A stretch of 38,126 nt of DNA from a virus. Taxonomy: Duplodnaviria; Caudoviricetes. Below the pieces are notes generated by a model that saw nothing but the letters and a program-made list of their open reading frames with translations, made no database searches and had not been told where the DNA came from. Numbering within the stretch: the first letter of the stretch is position 1; every line of letters begins with the position of its first letter. Made by a program: the position numbers and the translations under genes. The DNA lies in IMG/VR virus record IMGVR_UViG_3300038520_000467, positions 1 to 38,126 of that record. One strand, 5' to 3'. Shown here piece by piece: positions 18,277 to 27,516 of the stretch.

Positions 18277-19140
18277 ATGATTGATTGGACACAAGCGTTA
18301 CTAAATTTAAACATAGATATACCTGTGGGTAGTGACGAGCTATCTATATTGTGCCCTTTTCATGATGATACCTCAGAGTCTTGCTCAATAAACTTAGAAA
18401 AAGGGGTATGGATTTGTTTTGCTGGATGTGGGCAAGGTAGTTTAAAATCTTTTATAGAGCAATATAAACAGTGGGATTTCAAACAGGTTAATCAATATCT
18501 TGTAAGTTATAAAGATACTTACAATAAAAAGTTATTTATTGTTCCTACTACAGAAGTAGACGAAGAATTACCTATGGTTAAGATTCCTTACAATCTTGGG
18601 GCAGTGCCTAGATGGATATTTGATAGACAGTTTACTAAACAAACCATGAAAAAATGGAACTGTGGAGTAAGTGCAGCAAATGGATTAATTATTCCAGTGC
18701 ATGATAAGGCTGTTAGAACTGTGGGATGGATTACTAGACAAGAAAAACAGATACCTAAGTATTTATATTCTAGGGGTTTGAAGAAATCCCATGTATTATT
18801 TGGACAACCTCATGTGCAAAAAACAAATTATGTATGTGTAACGGAAGGACCTTTAGATACTATGTGGTTAGACCAACTTGGTTTTCCATCAGTGGCACTA
18901 TTAGGTATGAGCATGTCTGAAAAACAAAGAGATTTACTATTGACTTTACCTACAAATGAACTTATACTATGTTTAGATAACGATGAAGCTGGGCAACGGG
19001 GATTGAAAAGAGCAATGAGTTTACTAGGTAATAAAATAAAAGTATCTTACATCAATATACCTAAAGAATATAAAGATGTGCAGGATATAAAATCTTATGA
19101 TATACTAAGTAATGTAATCAAAAATAAAAGATACTGGTAA
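18277..19140 (+). CDS. dnaG: DNA primase (CHC2 Zn finger + TOPRIM)
   Basis: CPFHDD...CFAGC, TEGPLD, DNDEAG; start moved to ATG 18277. Confidence 0.9.
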   Translation: MIDWTQALLNLNIDIPVGSDELSILCPFHDDTSESCSINLEKGVWICFAGCGQGSLKSFIEQYKQWDFKQVNQYLVSYKDTYNKKLFIVPTTEVDEELPMVKIPYNLGAVPRWIFDRQFTKQTMKKWNCGVSAANGLIIPVHDKAVRTVGWITRQEKQIPKYLYSRGLKKSHVLFGQPHVQKTNYVCVTEGPLDTMWLDQLGFPSVALLGMSMSEKQRDLLLTLPTNELILCLDNDEAGQRGLKRAMSLLGNKIKVSYINIPKEYKDVQDIKSYDILSNVIKNKRYW

Positions 19141-19150
19141 AGGAGGACAC

Positions 19151-19882
19151 ATGTCAGGAATCAGTATGATACAAAACAATATACAAAGTAGAGAAAACAG
19201 GTCATCACAATCAAATGAGTCAACTGGAAGAGAAGTGTGGCTTAAAGATGGAGACCAAGTTTTTATGAAAACTATAGCTACCGGAGAAGAAGGTGACATT
19301 CATCTAGATGATTTCCATGTCTATGAGTTTCAACAAGGCATAGAGAAAAGCTGGACTAGCGTACTAGTTGAGAATGGTGAACCTGTAGCCTCTGTACCAA
19401 GTGAAGCTATGGTATACGAAGATGGGAGACGAAGAGCTCCAAGACATAAATTTGCTATGTGGGTGTATGTAACTGAAATATTACACACAGAACAAAGAGT
19501 TGATAGTTGGGAAGAAGTAACTAGCCCCTCTGGTAGTAAATTATATAAAGAGACTGTAAACGATTTTAAAGTTATGACTCTATCTTTTGGAGCACAGAAC
19601 GCTAATTGGAATCAGTTTGTAGATATCTATGAAGATAATGGCACACTAGATAAGTCTGTCATTAGAGTTAAAAGAAGAGGTAGTGCATTAGACACTACAT
19701 ACACAATTACTTCTACTTCAGGCACTATGGAATTACCTGATGATAAACAAGCAGAAGTAAAAAATCTTACTCCTATTAAAGAGTATCTTCACCAGAGGTA
19801 CGGTGCTGATGACACCGCAAGCTCTGATGATGTACCATCAGATGCAGTAAGCATTGATGACGATGACGACTCTTTATTCTAG
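19151..19882 (+). CDS. Putative single-stranded DNA-binding protein
   Basis: 243 aa between primase and polymerase; acidic tail ending DDDDDSLF; KRRGSALDTTY motif. Confidence 0.65.
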   Translation: MSGISMIQNNIQSRENRSSQSNESTGREVWLKDGDQVFMKTIATGEEGDIHLDDFHVYEFQQGIEKSWTSVLVENGEPVASVPSEAMVYEDGRRRAPRHKFAMWVYVTEILHTEQRVDSWEEVTSPSGSKLYKETVNDFKVMTLSFGAQNANWNQFVDIYEDNGTLDKSVIRVKRRGSALDTTYTITSTSGTMELPDDKQAEVKNLTPIKEYLHQRYGADDTASSDDVPSDAVSIDDDDDSLF

Positions 19883-19905
19883 GATAACATCAACCTCCAT
19901 AATTA

Positions 19906-19940
19906 ATGACTCCTCGTTAGATGTCCTTTCGGGGAGTCAT
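19906..19940 (+). promoter_or_regulatory. Stem-loop covering the putative polA ribosome-binding site
   Basis: ATGACTCCTCG / CGGGGAGTCAT, 11-bp stem with one G-U pair and a 13-nt loop; no U tract. Confidence 0.6.
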
Positions 19941-19949
19941 AGTAGTAAT

Positions 19950-21914
19950 ATGATAGTAACACCAGATACATTTACAGACACTATAAACTCTTTACCTACC
20001 TCTCCAATGTGGATAATGGACGTAGAGACAAATGGTTTTAACCCTTACGATATGCATCAGATATGTGGCATAGGGTTAGCTGACCTTGATAGTGAGCATG
20101 CGTATTACTTCCCTTTTAGGCATCAATCAGACGAACCTAATTTATCACAAGACCAATTAAAACAATTAGTTGAGTTTATTAATAATACTTGTAAAACAGT
20201 TGTAGGATATAACGTAAAGTTTGATGCTAAATTTTTACACAATGAAGGCATAAATATAGATGCTATGAATTTATTAGATGTACTTGTTATGGTAAGAATG
20301 ACTGAGCCTACTACAATGAATAGACTTAGTTTGACTGATACTTTAATAAGGACGTATGGAGAAGAAGCTGGGGCATATGATTTAGAAACTAAAAAAGTTT
20401 TAAAAAAGAATAAGTGGTTTAGAGACTTTTCTTTAGCACCCCCATCAGTTTTAGGACCCTATTGTATAGATGACGTTAAATGGACACGAAAACTATACAA
20501 AGATAGATTCAGAAAATTAGTTACTAGTAATCAAATAGAGTTGTTTCATTTCCAAACAAAGCTAACTAAAACTCTTTACATGATGGAGAGACGTGGAGTG
20601 GTAATAGATAATAAGTACGCTGCACAGGCTTATGATAAGACATTAGCTAGAATAGATATTTTAAAGAATAGAATATATGAATTAGTGGGGCATGAGTTTA
20701 ATATTAGTAGCACTAAACAATTAGGGGAAACATTTAATGCTATGGGAATACACTCTCCACTTCGCACTGCAAAAGGTGCAGAGGCGTGGAACGAAGAAGC
20801 CCTTGTAAGATTAAACTCACCACTAGCAGGATTAATACGACAGTATAGAGCCTTAGAGAAGATAAGGTCTACATATATTGAGCCTTACTTAGACATGCCT
20901 GTGCTTCACACCAGCTTTAACAATTGGGGTACGGTAACAGGCAGGTTATCATCTAGCTCGCCTAACTTGCAGAATATACCTAGAGATACAGTTTACATTG
21001 AGGATAGACAACTGTCTGAATCTGATAAAGCAGATGTTAGAGATAGAGTTGCTGCAATTGTGTCAAGTAAGGGTGGTAATGCAAACACAGAACTAACTGA
21101 TGATGTGTTAGATACATGGAGCTTTTTAGGTGGCGATAAGTTTAACGCTAATGATGGTAGACAAATTGCTATTAGAAACTTGTTTATACCTAGAGATGAT
21201 TACAAAATGATAGCATATGATTACTCTCAAATGGAAGTTAGAGTATTTATGAGTTATGTAAATAACGAAGAAATGAATGAACTGATGAAACAGGATGATG
21301 TTGACTTTCATGGAGAAGCGGCAAAGATAGCTTTTAATGTTACAGAGGATGACGAACAGTTCAAATTCTTTAGACAACTAGCTAAATCAATTACGTTTGG
21401 AGTTATATATGGTATTGGTAAAGATAAGTTAGCTTTACAATTAAATACTACTCCTGATGAGGCTGCTCAATATAAAAATACATACTTAGAAAATATGAAG
21501 GGTTCTAGAAAATTCTTCAATGCTGTTATTAAAAAGATAAAAGCAGACGGCAGAGTTAGGAATAAGTATGGTAGAGTATATAGAGTACCTAGTGAATTTG
21601 GATATAAGGGTGTTAACTACTTAATTCAAGGGACTAGTGCAGATATAATGAGTGAACGTATGGTTGCTGTGGCAGAATACCTTAAGGACAAGAAGAGTAA
21701 TCTGTTACTACAAGTACATGATGAAATTATCTGTGAGGTACATAAAGATGAGGTAGATGAAGTAGCCCCTGAGATAAGAAGGTTAATGAAAGAGAATACT
21801 CTTGATATACCTTTAGAGGTAGATATGGAAGTATGTGACCCTTCATGGGCAGTAAAAAAAGATTTTGATGATATAAACAAGTTTAGTTTAGAAGAACATA
21901 TAGATTGGGATTAA
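19950..21914 (+). CDS. polA: Family A DNA polymerase with 3'-5' exonuclease domain
   Basis: Exo DVETNG, YNVKFD, YCIDD; TGRLSS..PNLQNIP; motif A DYSQMEVR; motif B RQLAKSITFGVIYG; motif C QVHDE; likely start ATG 19950. Confidence 0.95.
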   Translation: MIVTPDTFTDTINSLPTSPMWIMDVETNGFNPYDMHQICGIGLADLDSEHAYYFPFRHQSDEPNLSQDQLKQLVEFINNTCKTVVGYNVKFDAKFLHNEGINIDAMNLLDVLVMVRMTEPTTMNRLSLTDTLIRTYGEEAGAYDLETKKVLKKNKWFRDFSLAPPSVLGPYCIDDVKWTRKLYKDRFRKLVTSNQIELFHFQTKLTKTLYMMERRGVVIDNKYAAQAYDKTLARIDILKNRIYELVGHEFNISSTKQLGETFNAMGIHSPLRTAKGAEAWNEEALVRLNSPLAGLIRQYRALEKIRSTYIEPYLDMPVLHTSFNNWGTVTGRLSSSSPNLQNIPRDTVYIEDRQLSESDKADVRDRVAAIVSSKGGNANTELTDDVLDTWSFLGGDKFNANDGRQIAIRNLFIPRDDYKMIAYDYSQMEVRVFMSYVNNEEMNELMKQDDVDFHGEAAKIAFNVTEDDEQFKFFRQLAKSITFGVIYGIGKDKLALQLNTTPDEAAQYKNTYLENMKGSRKFFNAVIKKIKADGRVRNKYGRVYRVPSEFGYKGVNYLIQGTSADIMSERMVAVAEYLKDKKSNLLLQVHDEIICEVHKDEVDEVAPEIRRLMKENTLDIPLEVDMEVCDPSWAVKKDFDDINKFSLEEHIDWD

Positions 21915-22096
21915 TGAAAGTAACAGCAAGAAAAAACGAAACATTTGAAAAACTATTAAGACGTTTTAAAAAGAATTTACAAAAAGACGATATCCTTAAT
22001 ACTTATAGACAGAAACAAGAGTTTGTGCCTAAGAGTGTAAAGAGACAACAACAAAAAGCAAATAAGTTAAGAAAGAGTAGGGAACAAGATGTCTAG
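21914..22096 (+). CDS. rpsU: Ribosomal protein bS21 homolog
   Basis: MKVTARKNETFEKLLRRFKK...ILNTYRQKQEFVPKSVKR matches the bS21 pattern; TAATG coupling to polA. Confidence 0.85.
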   Translation: MKVTARKNETFEKLLRRFKKNLQKDDILNTYRQKQEFVPKSVKRQQQKANKLRKSREQDV

Positions 22097-22460
22097 CAAA
22101 GATATATTCCATTGTGAAGAAAATGATGATGAAGTTATATACTATGATGGTTTAAAAGAAGCCTTTATAGGTTTAGGACATCAACAGTTCAAAGGACCTT
22201 ACGCCATATACGATAGAGAAAAAGCTATTGAAATAATTGCAAGAGATTTTTATAAAGAAAAAAAGAAAGAATATAATTTTGATGATATGGATGCAGAGAC
22301 ACGTTTAAATGTTGTACAGGCAGTAGGGGATGAAGCATATGAGGAAGCAATGGAATACTTTGAATACAACACTGAAGGAGCGTGGATGGGAGATAGAACT
22401 CCTATATTTGTAATTATGAAAGACTTATTAACACCAATAGAACCTATAGAGGAGGACTAA
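22089..22460 (+). CDS. Hypothetical phage protein
   Basis: 123 aa acidic ORF overlapping its neighbours. Confidence 0.7.
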   Translation: MSSKDIFHCEENDDEVIYYDGLKEAFIGLGHQQFKGPYAIYDREKAIEIIARDFYKEKKKEYNFDDMDAETRLNVVQAVGDEAYEEAMEYFEYNTEGAWMGDRTPIFVIMKDLLTPIEPIEED

Positions 22461-22883
22461 ATGTCAGCAGGATGGAAAAACCCAAATGCCCCTTATGATT
22501 TTACACAAGCGATGTGGAATGACTTCAATACAAATTATGCTCATTTATCATGGGAAGAATATATGCAAATGACAAAGTGGGGTATAAAAGAGATAGTAGA
22601 AAAAACACCAGATAAACCTAAAGAAGAAAATAAAAAGTATAGTTTTACTGAGTCATATAATAAATCTGTAAAAGAAACTACTGACCCTGTACACTATCAC
22701 TTTGATATAGAACCTTTTGATTACATACATGACAATCAGATGGGTTTTGCAGAGGGAAATGTGGTAAAATATATAACAAGGTGGAGATATAAAGAAAATG
22801 GTATAGAAGACCTATACAAAGCAAAGCAGTATATAGATATGCTGATCGCAAAGGAACTTATAGATGACGATAACTCACAATAA
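22461..22883 (+). CDS. DUF3310 family protein (T7 gp1.7-like nucleotide kinase family)
   Basis: DPVHY...EPFDYI...GNVVKYITRWRYKENGIEDLYKAKQY. Confidence 0.8.
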   Translation: MSAGWKNPNAPYDFTQAMWNDFNTNYAHLSWEEYMQMTKWGIKEIVEKTPDKPKEENKKYSFTESYNKSVKETTDPVHYHFDIEPFDYIHDNQMGFAEGNVVKYITRWRYKENGIEDLYKAKQYIDMLIAKELIDDDNSQ

Positions 22884-23292
22884 AGATTGGCGATATGATT
22901 TAGATTTTGGAGAAGATGGTGAACATTGGTTATCTAAATTATCAGGTAATGGTAAAGTTGAAGTTAAAACTGAAAGAAATATATGGGCTACATCAGGAAA
23001 CTTAGCTATTGAAGTATATGACGAAAGAAAAAATAAAGGTAATGGGGCACCATCAGGCATTATGACCACTAAAGCAGATTGGTGGGTTCATATATTAAAA
23101 GCTGATGGAGAAGAAGATGGTGCAATAGTAGCCCCCACTTCAATGATTAAAAGATTAGTTGATGAAGCTACAGAAGTAGTGCCTATGGGGGATAAAGATA
23201 GTGACGGGAGAAGTGCACGAGGGGTTTTAATTTCTATAAGAGAATTAACAAATGAAATGCAAAGTTCAGGCAAAAGGAGACTAAATGGCTAA
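22864..23292 (+). CDS. Putative PD-(D/E)XK-fold nuclease-like protein
   Basis: DLDFGEDGE...VEVKTE...SGNLAIEV...PSGIMTTKADWW. Confidence 0.55.
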   Translation: MTITHNKDWRYDLDFGEDGEHWLSKLSGNGKVEVKTERNIWATSGNLAIEVYDERKNKGNGAPSGIMTTKADWWVHILKADGEEDGAIVAPTSMIKRLVDEATEVVPMGDKDSDGRSARGVLISIRELTNEMQSSGKRRLNG

Positions 23293-23518
23293 AGTAGGAT
23301 TAAAATTAGGATTTACATTTAGAGTAGGTCCACTAGATACAAATCAGTATGCAAGAATGGACATGGAGATTCATGACATTGATACTGAGTTACCAATAGA
23401 AGAACAATTAGAAGAAGCAGGACTAACTTTAGATAAAGCATATAAAGCAATATATGATAAAGTTGACGGTGAGATTAGAGGAATCCTGAAGAAGGGTAAG
23501 AAAAAGGATGGAAATTGA
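23285..23518 (+). CDS. Hypothetical protein
   Basis: 77 aa, AAGGAG RBS. Confidence 0.7.
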   Translation: MAKVGLKLGFTFRVGPLDTNQYARMDMEIHDIDTELPIEEQLEEAGLTLDKAYKAIYDKVDGEIRGILKKGKKKDGN

Positions 23519-23789
23519 ACACGTCAGGGCTATTGTTACAGAGCAATTTTTAGCTGAAAGAGAAAACCAAGAAAACAAATGGGGAGAACAGCTTCAACAT
23601 ACCGATGAATATTGGACTGTTATATTAGCTGAAGAGTTTGGAGAAGTAGCTAGAGAAGTTTATGAGAAGAATACAAAAAACTTATATGATGAACTTATAC
23701 AATGTGGGGCTGTATGCATGGCATGGGCTGAAGCTATACAGAAAAGAAACATAAATAAGAGCATTGAAAAAGAGGATGACTTAATATGA
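23508..23789 (+). CDS. MazG-like NTP pyrophosphohydrolase
   Basis: LAEEFGEVAREV...LYDELIQCGAV (EExxE...ExxQ variant). Confidence 0.7.
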   Translation: MEIEHVRAIVTEQFLAERENQENKWGEQLQHTDEYWTVILAEEFGEVAREVYEKNTKNLYDELIQCGAVCMAWAEAIQKRNINKSIEKEDDLI

Positions 23790-24796
23790 GAGAAAATGCA
23801 AAAGAAATATTTAATAACTTACTAAATGATAAAAAAGTAAAAGCTACCACTGGAGATGATACAGTCTTTGAGTATACAAAGATACCTTTTAACATTCCAC
23901 AACTAGATAAAATAACACATGGGGGTATACCTAGAAAAAGGTTTACGCTCTTATTTGGTGGTTTTTCATCTGGTAAGTCTTATGTAGCATCACAATTGTG
24001 CAAAACTGTACAAGAAGATGGTGGAGTAGCCGTATGGATTGATTTAGAAAAGTCATGGGATAATGATTGGATGACTAAGAGTGGATTGAATACTAAAGAA
24101 ATGTTAGTATATGACCCTGATACAGCAGAAGAAGCGTTCAAAGCGGCTAGAAACTCACTACAAGCAGGAGCAGATATAGTTGTATTAGATAGTGTGGCAG
24201 GTTTAGTGCCTAATGATATTTTCACACATGAAGATGGAGTAGGTCATAGTCCTATTGCATGGCAATCTAGGGCGTGGAATCAAATGTTGATGAGACTTAT
24301 ACCTGAGTTAAAACACGGAGGGGCTTTTGTTGCTATTAATCAGACTAGAGGCACTATGGGTAATGTTCAAATGATGGATACAATGCCGGGTGGAGAAGGT
24401 CAAAAATACTTTTCACACTGCTGTATGCACTTTACTAGAGGTTCATGGATAACTAAGCCCGGTAAAAGTGGGTCAAAGAACATGGCAGATAGGATGGGGT
24501 TTGAGATAAACGCTAGACTATTAAAAGACAAGTTTGGTGGCGAGAAGTTTGAACAAGCTATAGTTCCGTTTAAGTTTGATGGTGGTATAGACATGATTGA
24601 GACTTATGTAAGAGTAGCCCTAGAAGAAAATATTATTGAACAGAAAGGTGCGATGTACTATTACAAAACTATTAGTTTTAGGGGTATGAACAATGTTGTT
24701 ACATGGTTTAAAGAAAACCCTAAAGAATACGAGGAGCTTGTAGATGCCACGAAAAAGTCATACCTTACAGGAGAATCTGATAGCGAGAGTGCTTGA
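23786..24796 (+). CDS. recA: RecA/UvsX-like recombinase
   Basis: GGIPRKR, Walker A GGFSSGKS, WIDLE, VVLDSVAGL, INQTR, PGGEGQKY. Confidence 0.9.
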   Translation: MRENAKEIFNNLLNDKKVKATTGDDTVFEYTKIPFNIPQLDKITHGGIPRKRFTLLFGGFSSGKSYVASQLCKTVQEDGGVAVWIDLEKSWDNDWMTKSGLNTKEMLVYDPDTAEEAFKAARNSLQAGADIVVLDSVAGLVPNDIFTHEDGVGHSPIAWQSRAWNQMLMRLIPELKHGGAFVAINQTRGTMGNVQMMDTMPGGEGQKYFSHCCMHFTRGSWITKPGKSGSKNMADRMGFEINARLLKDKFGGEKFEQAIVPFKFDGGIDMIETYVRVALEENIIEQKGAMYYYKTISFRGMNNVVTWFKENPKEYEELVDATKKSYLTGESDSESA

Positions 24797-25028
24797 TGAG
24801 GTGGGCTTACGATATACATGGCAAACGCCTGTAGGTAAGTATGTCCCTGACTTCGTAATAACAGAAATGAATGTTATAATAGAAGCAGATGGTCCATTTG
24901 GACACTTTGCAAAAAGAGATGCACTACGAGATGAGTATCTAAAAGAAGCTGGATATGAAATCGTACACGTAAAAGAAAAAACATATAAAGATATAAAGGC
25001 AAAGATATGGCAGGAATTGAAGCTATAA
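24744..25028 (+). CDS. DUF559/Vsr-like endonuclease
   Basis: YVPDF...IIEADG..GH...RDALRDEYLKEAGYEIVH. Confidence 0.8.
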   Translation: MPRKSHTLQENLIARVLDEVGLRYTWQTPVGKYVPDFVITEMNVIIEADGPFGHFAKRDALRDEYLKEAGYEIVHVKEKTYKDIKAKIWQELKL

Positions 25029-25681
25029 GTAATATGACCCCTTCAAAAGGGAAACGAACTAAAAATCAAGATAGATGGTTATTAAAATCTATAGATAATG
25101 TTCTTGAAAGAAAAAATAGTCCTCCAACAAAAGGTAAATTTTACCCTTCTTTGTTTGGAAACCCTTGTGATAAATACTTATACATGGCGTATAATGGGCT
25201 ACTTGATTGGGATACTATAAAACCTCGCATACAAAGAATCTTTGACCATGGGGGCACGTTTGAAGAACGCATGAAAAAGTATTTAGAAAAAGCAGAGTTA
25301 TATATTGATGATGAAGTATCTATAACAAATGAAGAGCCTCCGATATCAGGTAGGATTGACTTCATAATAAAGCACGATAAGCATGAAGAAGCCTTATTAG
25401 AGTTAAAAACTATAAAGGATGAGGACTTCAAAGATTTAAAAGAAGCTCCAAAACATGAGCACATGATACAGTTACAGATATATCTTAACTTAACTGATAA
25501 AGATTACGGTGTGGTTATGTATGAAAATAAAAATGACCAAAACTTAAAAGCATTTAAAGTTGACAGAGATAAAAAAGTATGGGATGATATACTTAAACGA
25601 TGTGAAAAAATAATGGCAATGACTACAGAACCTGAAACATGCACAGGTATGTGGTATTGCAAATGTAAAAACAGGAGGTAA
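25007..25681 (+). CDS. Cas4-like PD-(D/E)XK exonuclease
   Basis: PSLFGNPC, GRIDFI, ELKT, QLQIY, C-terminal Cys cluster; no CRISPR context. Confidence 0.8.
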   Translation: MAGIEAISNMTPSKGKRTKNQDRWLLKSIDNVLERKNSPPTKGKFYPSLFGNPCDKYLYMAYNGLLDWDTIKPRIQRIFDHGGTFEERMKKYLEKAELYIDDEVSITNEEPPISGRIDFIIKHDKHEEALLELKTIKDEDFKDLKEAPKHEHMIQLQIYLNLTDKDYGVVMYENKNDQNLKAFKVDRDKKVWDDILKRCEKIMAMTTEPETCTGMWYCKCKNRR

Positions 25682-25683
25682 CA

Positions 25684-26178
25684 ATGAAGAAAAAATGGGG
25701 TTATGATGACGTAATGAATTACGCCAAAAAAGAACGTGATTCTGTACCTAGCGTGCCTTGGATTAAATTTAATCAAGAGTTTTTAGACGCTGAAAAAGAT
25801 GTGGATTGGGCGGATGTAAGTTCAGCATCTAATGCACAACTGCAAAAATTACTCAGTATCTATGGCGGGGGTAAAGCTATACTAGAACACGTTGTAGCTA
25901 CTCTAAGAGCTAAGGTAGGAGCTATATCAGCTATCTTTGACGAAGAATACAACGCAGCATTTGCAAAATTTATGCAAGCGTATGAGGGTAAAAAACCGAC
26001 TAGAGATGAAGCTAGAGGTCTAATCATGTCGTCAAATGAAAATCTAATAGCTTTATTTAAACAAAAAGTTGAATTAGAAACTGCATATAGATATGAAGAG
26101 GGTAGATTAAATACTTTTTCACAGTGTTATAACACTCTTTCTAGAATAGTTTCACTAAGAACTGATAAAAATAACTAA
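25684..26178 (+). CDS. Helical protein, possibly a UvsY-like recombination mediator
   Basis: 164 aa with long amphipathic helices, in the recombination cluster; function is a guess. Confidence 0.4.
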   Translation: MKKKWGYDDVMNYAKKERDSVPSVPWIKFNQEFLDAEKDVDWADVSSASNAQLQKLLSIYGGGKAILEHVVATLRAKVGAISAIFDEEYNAAFAKFMQAYEGKKPTRDEARGLIMSSNENLIALFKQKVELETAYRYEEGRLNTFSQCYNTLSRIVSLRTDKNN

Positions 26179-26182
26179 ATCT

Positions 26183-26193
26183 TAGTATAATAA
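26183..26193 (+). promoter_or_regulatory. TAGTATAATAA putative late promoter (copy 6)
   Basis: Intergenic, followed by AGGAGG and ATG 26212. Confidence 0.75.
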
Positions 26194-26211
26194 TAGTAGG
26201 AGGATACTTAT

Positions 26212-26364
26212 ATGATGGGAAAACTAAGACCACAAATATTTCTAGCAATTATAGTGTTAGGACTTTTGAGTGCGGTAGGGGTATATTTTGGATATACAGA
26301 GATAGCCACAGGATGTACAGGTGGCATTATAGCATTAGGTATGAAAGTATTAGAATCAGAATAA
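26212..26364 (+). CDS. 50-aa membrane protein, holin-like (absent from the ORF track)
   Basis: MMGKLRPQIFLAIIVLGLLSAVGVYFGYTEIATGCTGGIIALGMKVLESE*; strong RBS; two hydrophobic segments. Confidence 0.7.
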   Translation: MMGKLRPQIFLAIIVLGLLSAVGVYFGYTEIATGCTGGIIALGMKVLESE

Positions 26365-26380
26365 ATAAAAGGAGAAATAC

Positions 26381-26554
26381 ATGACAAGCAAAGACATAGC
26401 AAAAGGAATAGTAAAAAGTTTACCAGTAGTAGGAGCACTTGCAGTTGGTGTAGGAGCGACTATAGCTGTATTTAAAAGAGATACACTAGAAGATAAAGTG
26501 TATGATAAGTTGACATCTAGACAAATTATAAAGGAAGACATACCTTTACAATAG
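26381..26554 (+). CDS. 57-aa single-TM membrane protein (absent from the ORF track)
   Basis: MTSKDIAKGIVKSLPVVGALAVGVGATIAVFKRDTLEDKVYDKLTSRQIIKEDIPLQ*; AAGGAG RBS. Confidence 0.7.
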   Translation: MTSKDIAKGIVKSLPVVGALAVGVGATIAVFKRDTLEDKVYDKLTSRQIIKEDIPLQ

Positions 26555-26558
26555 AACT

Positions 26559-27038
26559 ATGAAATATTTAGGACTAGATACGTCTAGTAAAGCAATTCAT
26601 ATTGTTGAATTAGATGAAGATGTAAACTTAATAAAGATATATAAAGCTGAATGCAATACTAAAAAAGCGTTCAAAGATAGATTTCCAGAGTTAATGGATA
26701 GCTTCGCTAAGATTTTAGTAGAGGATATCAATATAGACACCGTAGATTATGCGGTAATTGAAGAACCTATATTCGCACAGAACAGAAATGTGGTGCGTAC
26801 TTTATCAGAAGTAGTGGGAGCTGTTTGGGGGACACTATGTTTAAGTGATATCCCAACTACGTTAGTTGACAACGGCACTTGGAAAAAACAAATCTTAGGT
26901 AGTGGTAAATCTACAAAAGATGATATAATGAAATATGCAATAGAAAAGTGGGGAGATAACTTCCCTGAACAAGATTATGCTGATGCTGCGTGCATCGCAT
27001 TATACTCAGTAAAGGAGAATAGAAATGGCAGCACCTAA
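26559..27038 (+). CDS. ruvC: RuvC-like Holliday junction resolvase
   Basis: YLGLDTSS, VIEEP, WKK...G...KDD, DYADAACIA. Confidence 0.85.
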   Translation: MKYLGLDTSSKAIHIVELDEDVNLIKIYKAECNTKKAFKDRFPELMDSFAKILVEDINIDTVDYAVIEEPIFAQNRNVVRTLSEVVGAVWGTLCLSDIPTTLVDNGTWKKQILGSGKSTKDDIMKYAIEKWGDNFPEQDYADAACIALYSVKENRNGST

Positions 27039-27516
27039 AGGATATAGAAAGACTACGGGTCAAAAAAATAAAACATATTTTTATGACACCCCTGAACCAA
27101 AGGATAATAAAATAGAAGATAAATTACCTGAAGGCATGACTGCTGAAGAGTTCAAAGCAAAGTATGCTAAGGTTGTATGGTGTGACTATTACAAATGTAT
27201 ACATAATATACAAACTGAAGGAGCTAAACGAACTATAGCAACTTTATTAGAAAACCCTCAATACAAACCTCTTGGTCCAAAAGACGCAATGATAAGAGGT
27301 GTATGTAGTAGAGCAGAGATAGGTATTAAATTTAAAGAGATAAGCACGACAGGTGGCGTAAAGCACAAAGTCCCAGAGTGTTTTAATGCTGCTGGTAATA
27401 AAAACAAGGGTGGTATGGATTTTAGTAAATTGTTACAATCAGACGGAAGCCCCCACGGAGGAAGCATTGAATCAGGAAACGCTGATACAGGATGGTCCAA
27501 TGCTGCATACATGTAA
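27025..27516 (+). CDS. Hypothetical Cys-containing protein
   Basis: 163 aa, CDYYKCIHN...C...C; AAGGAG RBS. Confidence 0.65.
   Translation: MAAPKGYRKTTGQKNKTYFYDTPEPKDNKIEDKLPEGMTAEEFKAKYAKVVWCDYYKCIHNIQTEGAKRTIATLLENPQYKPLGPKDAMIRGVCSRAEIGIKFKEISTTGGVKHKVPECFNAAGNKNKGGMDFSKLLQSDGSPHGGSIESGNADTGWSNAAYM

Noticed and set aside
19906-19940. Hairpin as an intrinsic terminator
   Set aside because: No U tract follows on either strand
19854-19949. Track's upstream start for polA (likewise 16248, 18187, 21905, 27492, 29591)
   Set aside because: These extensions overlap upstream genes or the hairpin; downstream starts fit RBS position or stop-start coupling better
20982-21167. Intein or intron in polA
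   Set aside because: No Cys/Ser start with His-Asn end, too short, frame stays open, no homing endonuclease
25007-25681. Cas4-like gene as evidence for a CRISPR-Cas system
   Set aside because: No repeat-spacer array or other cas genes; solo Cas4-like nucleases are common in phage recombination modules
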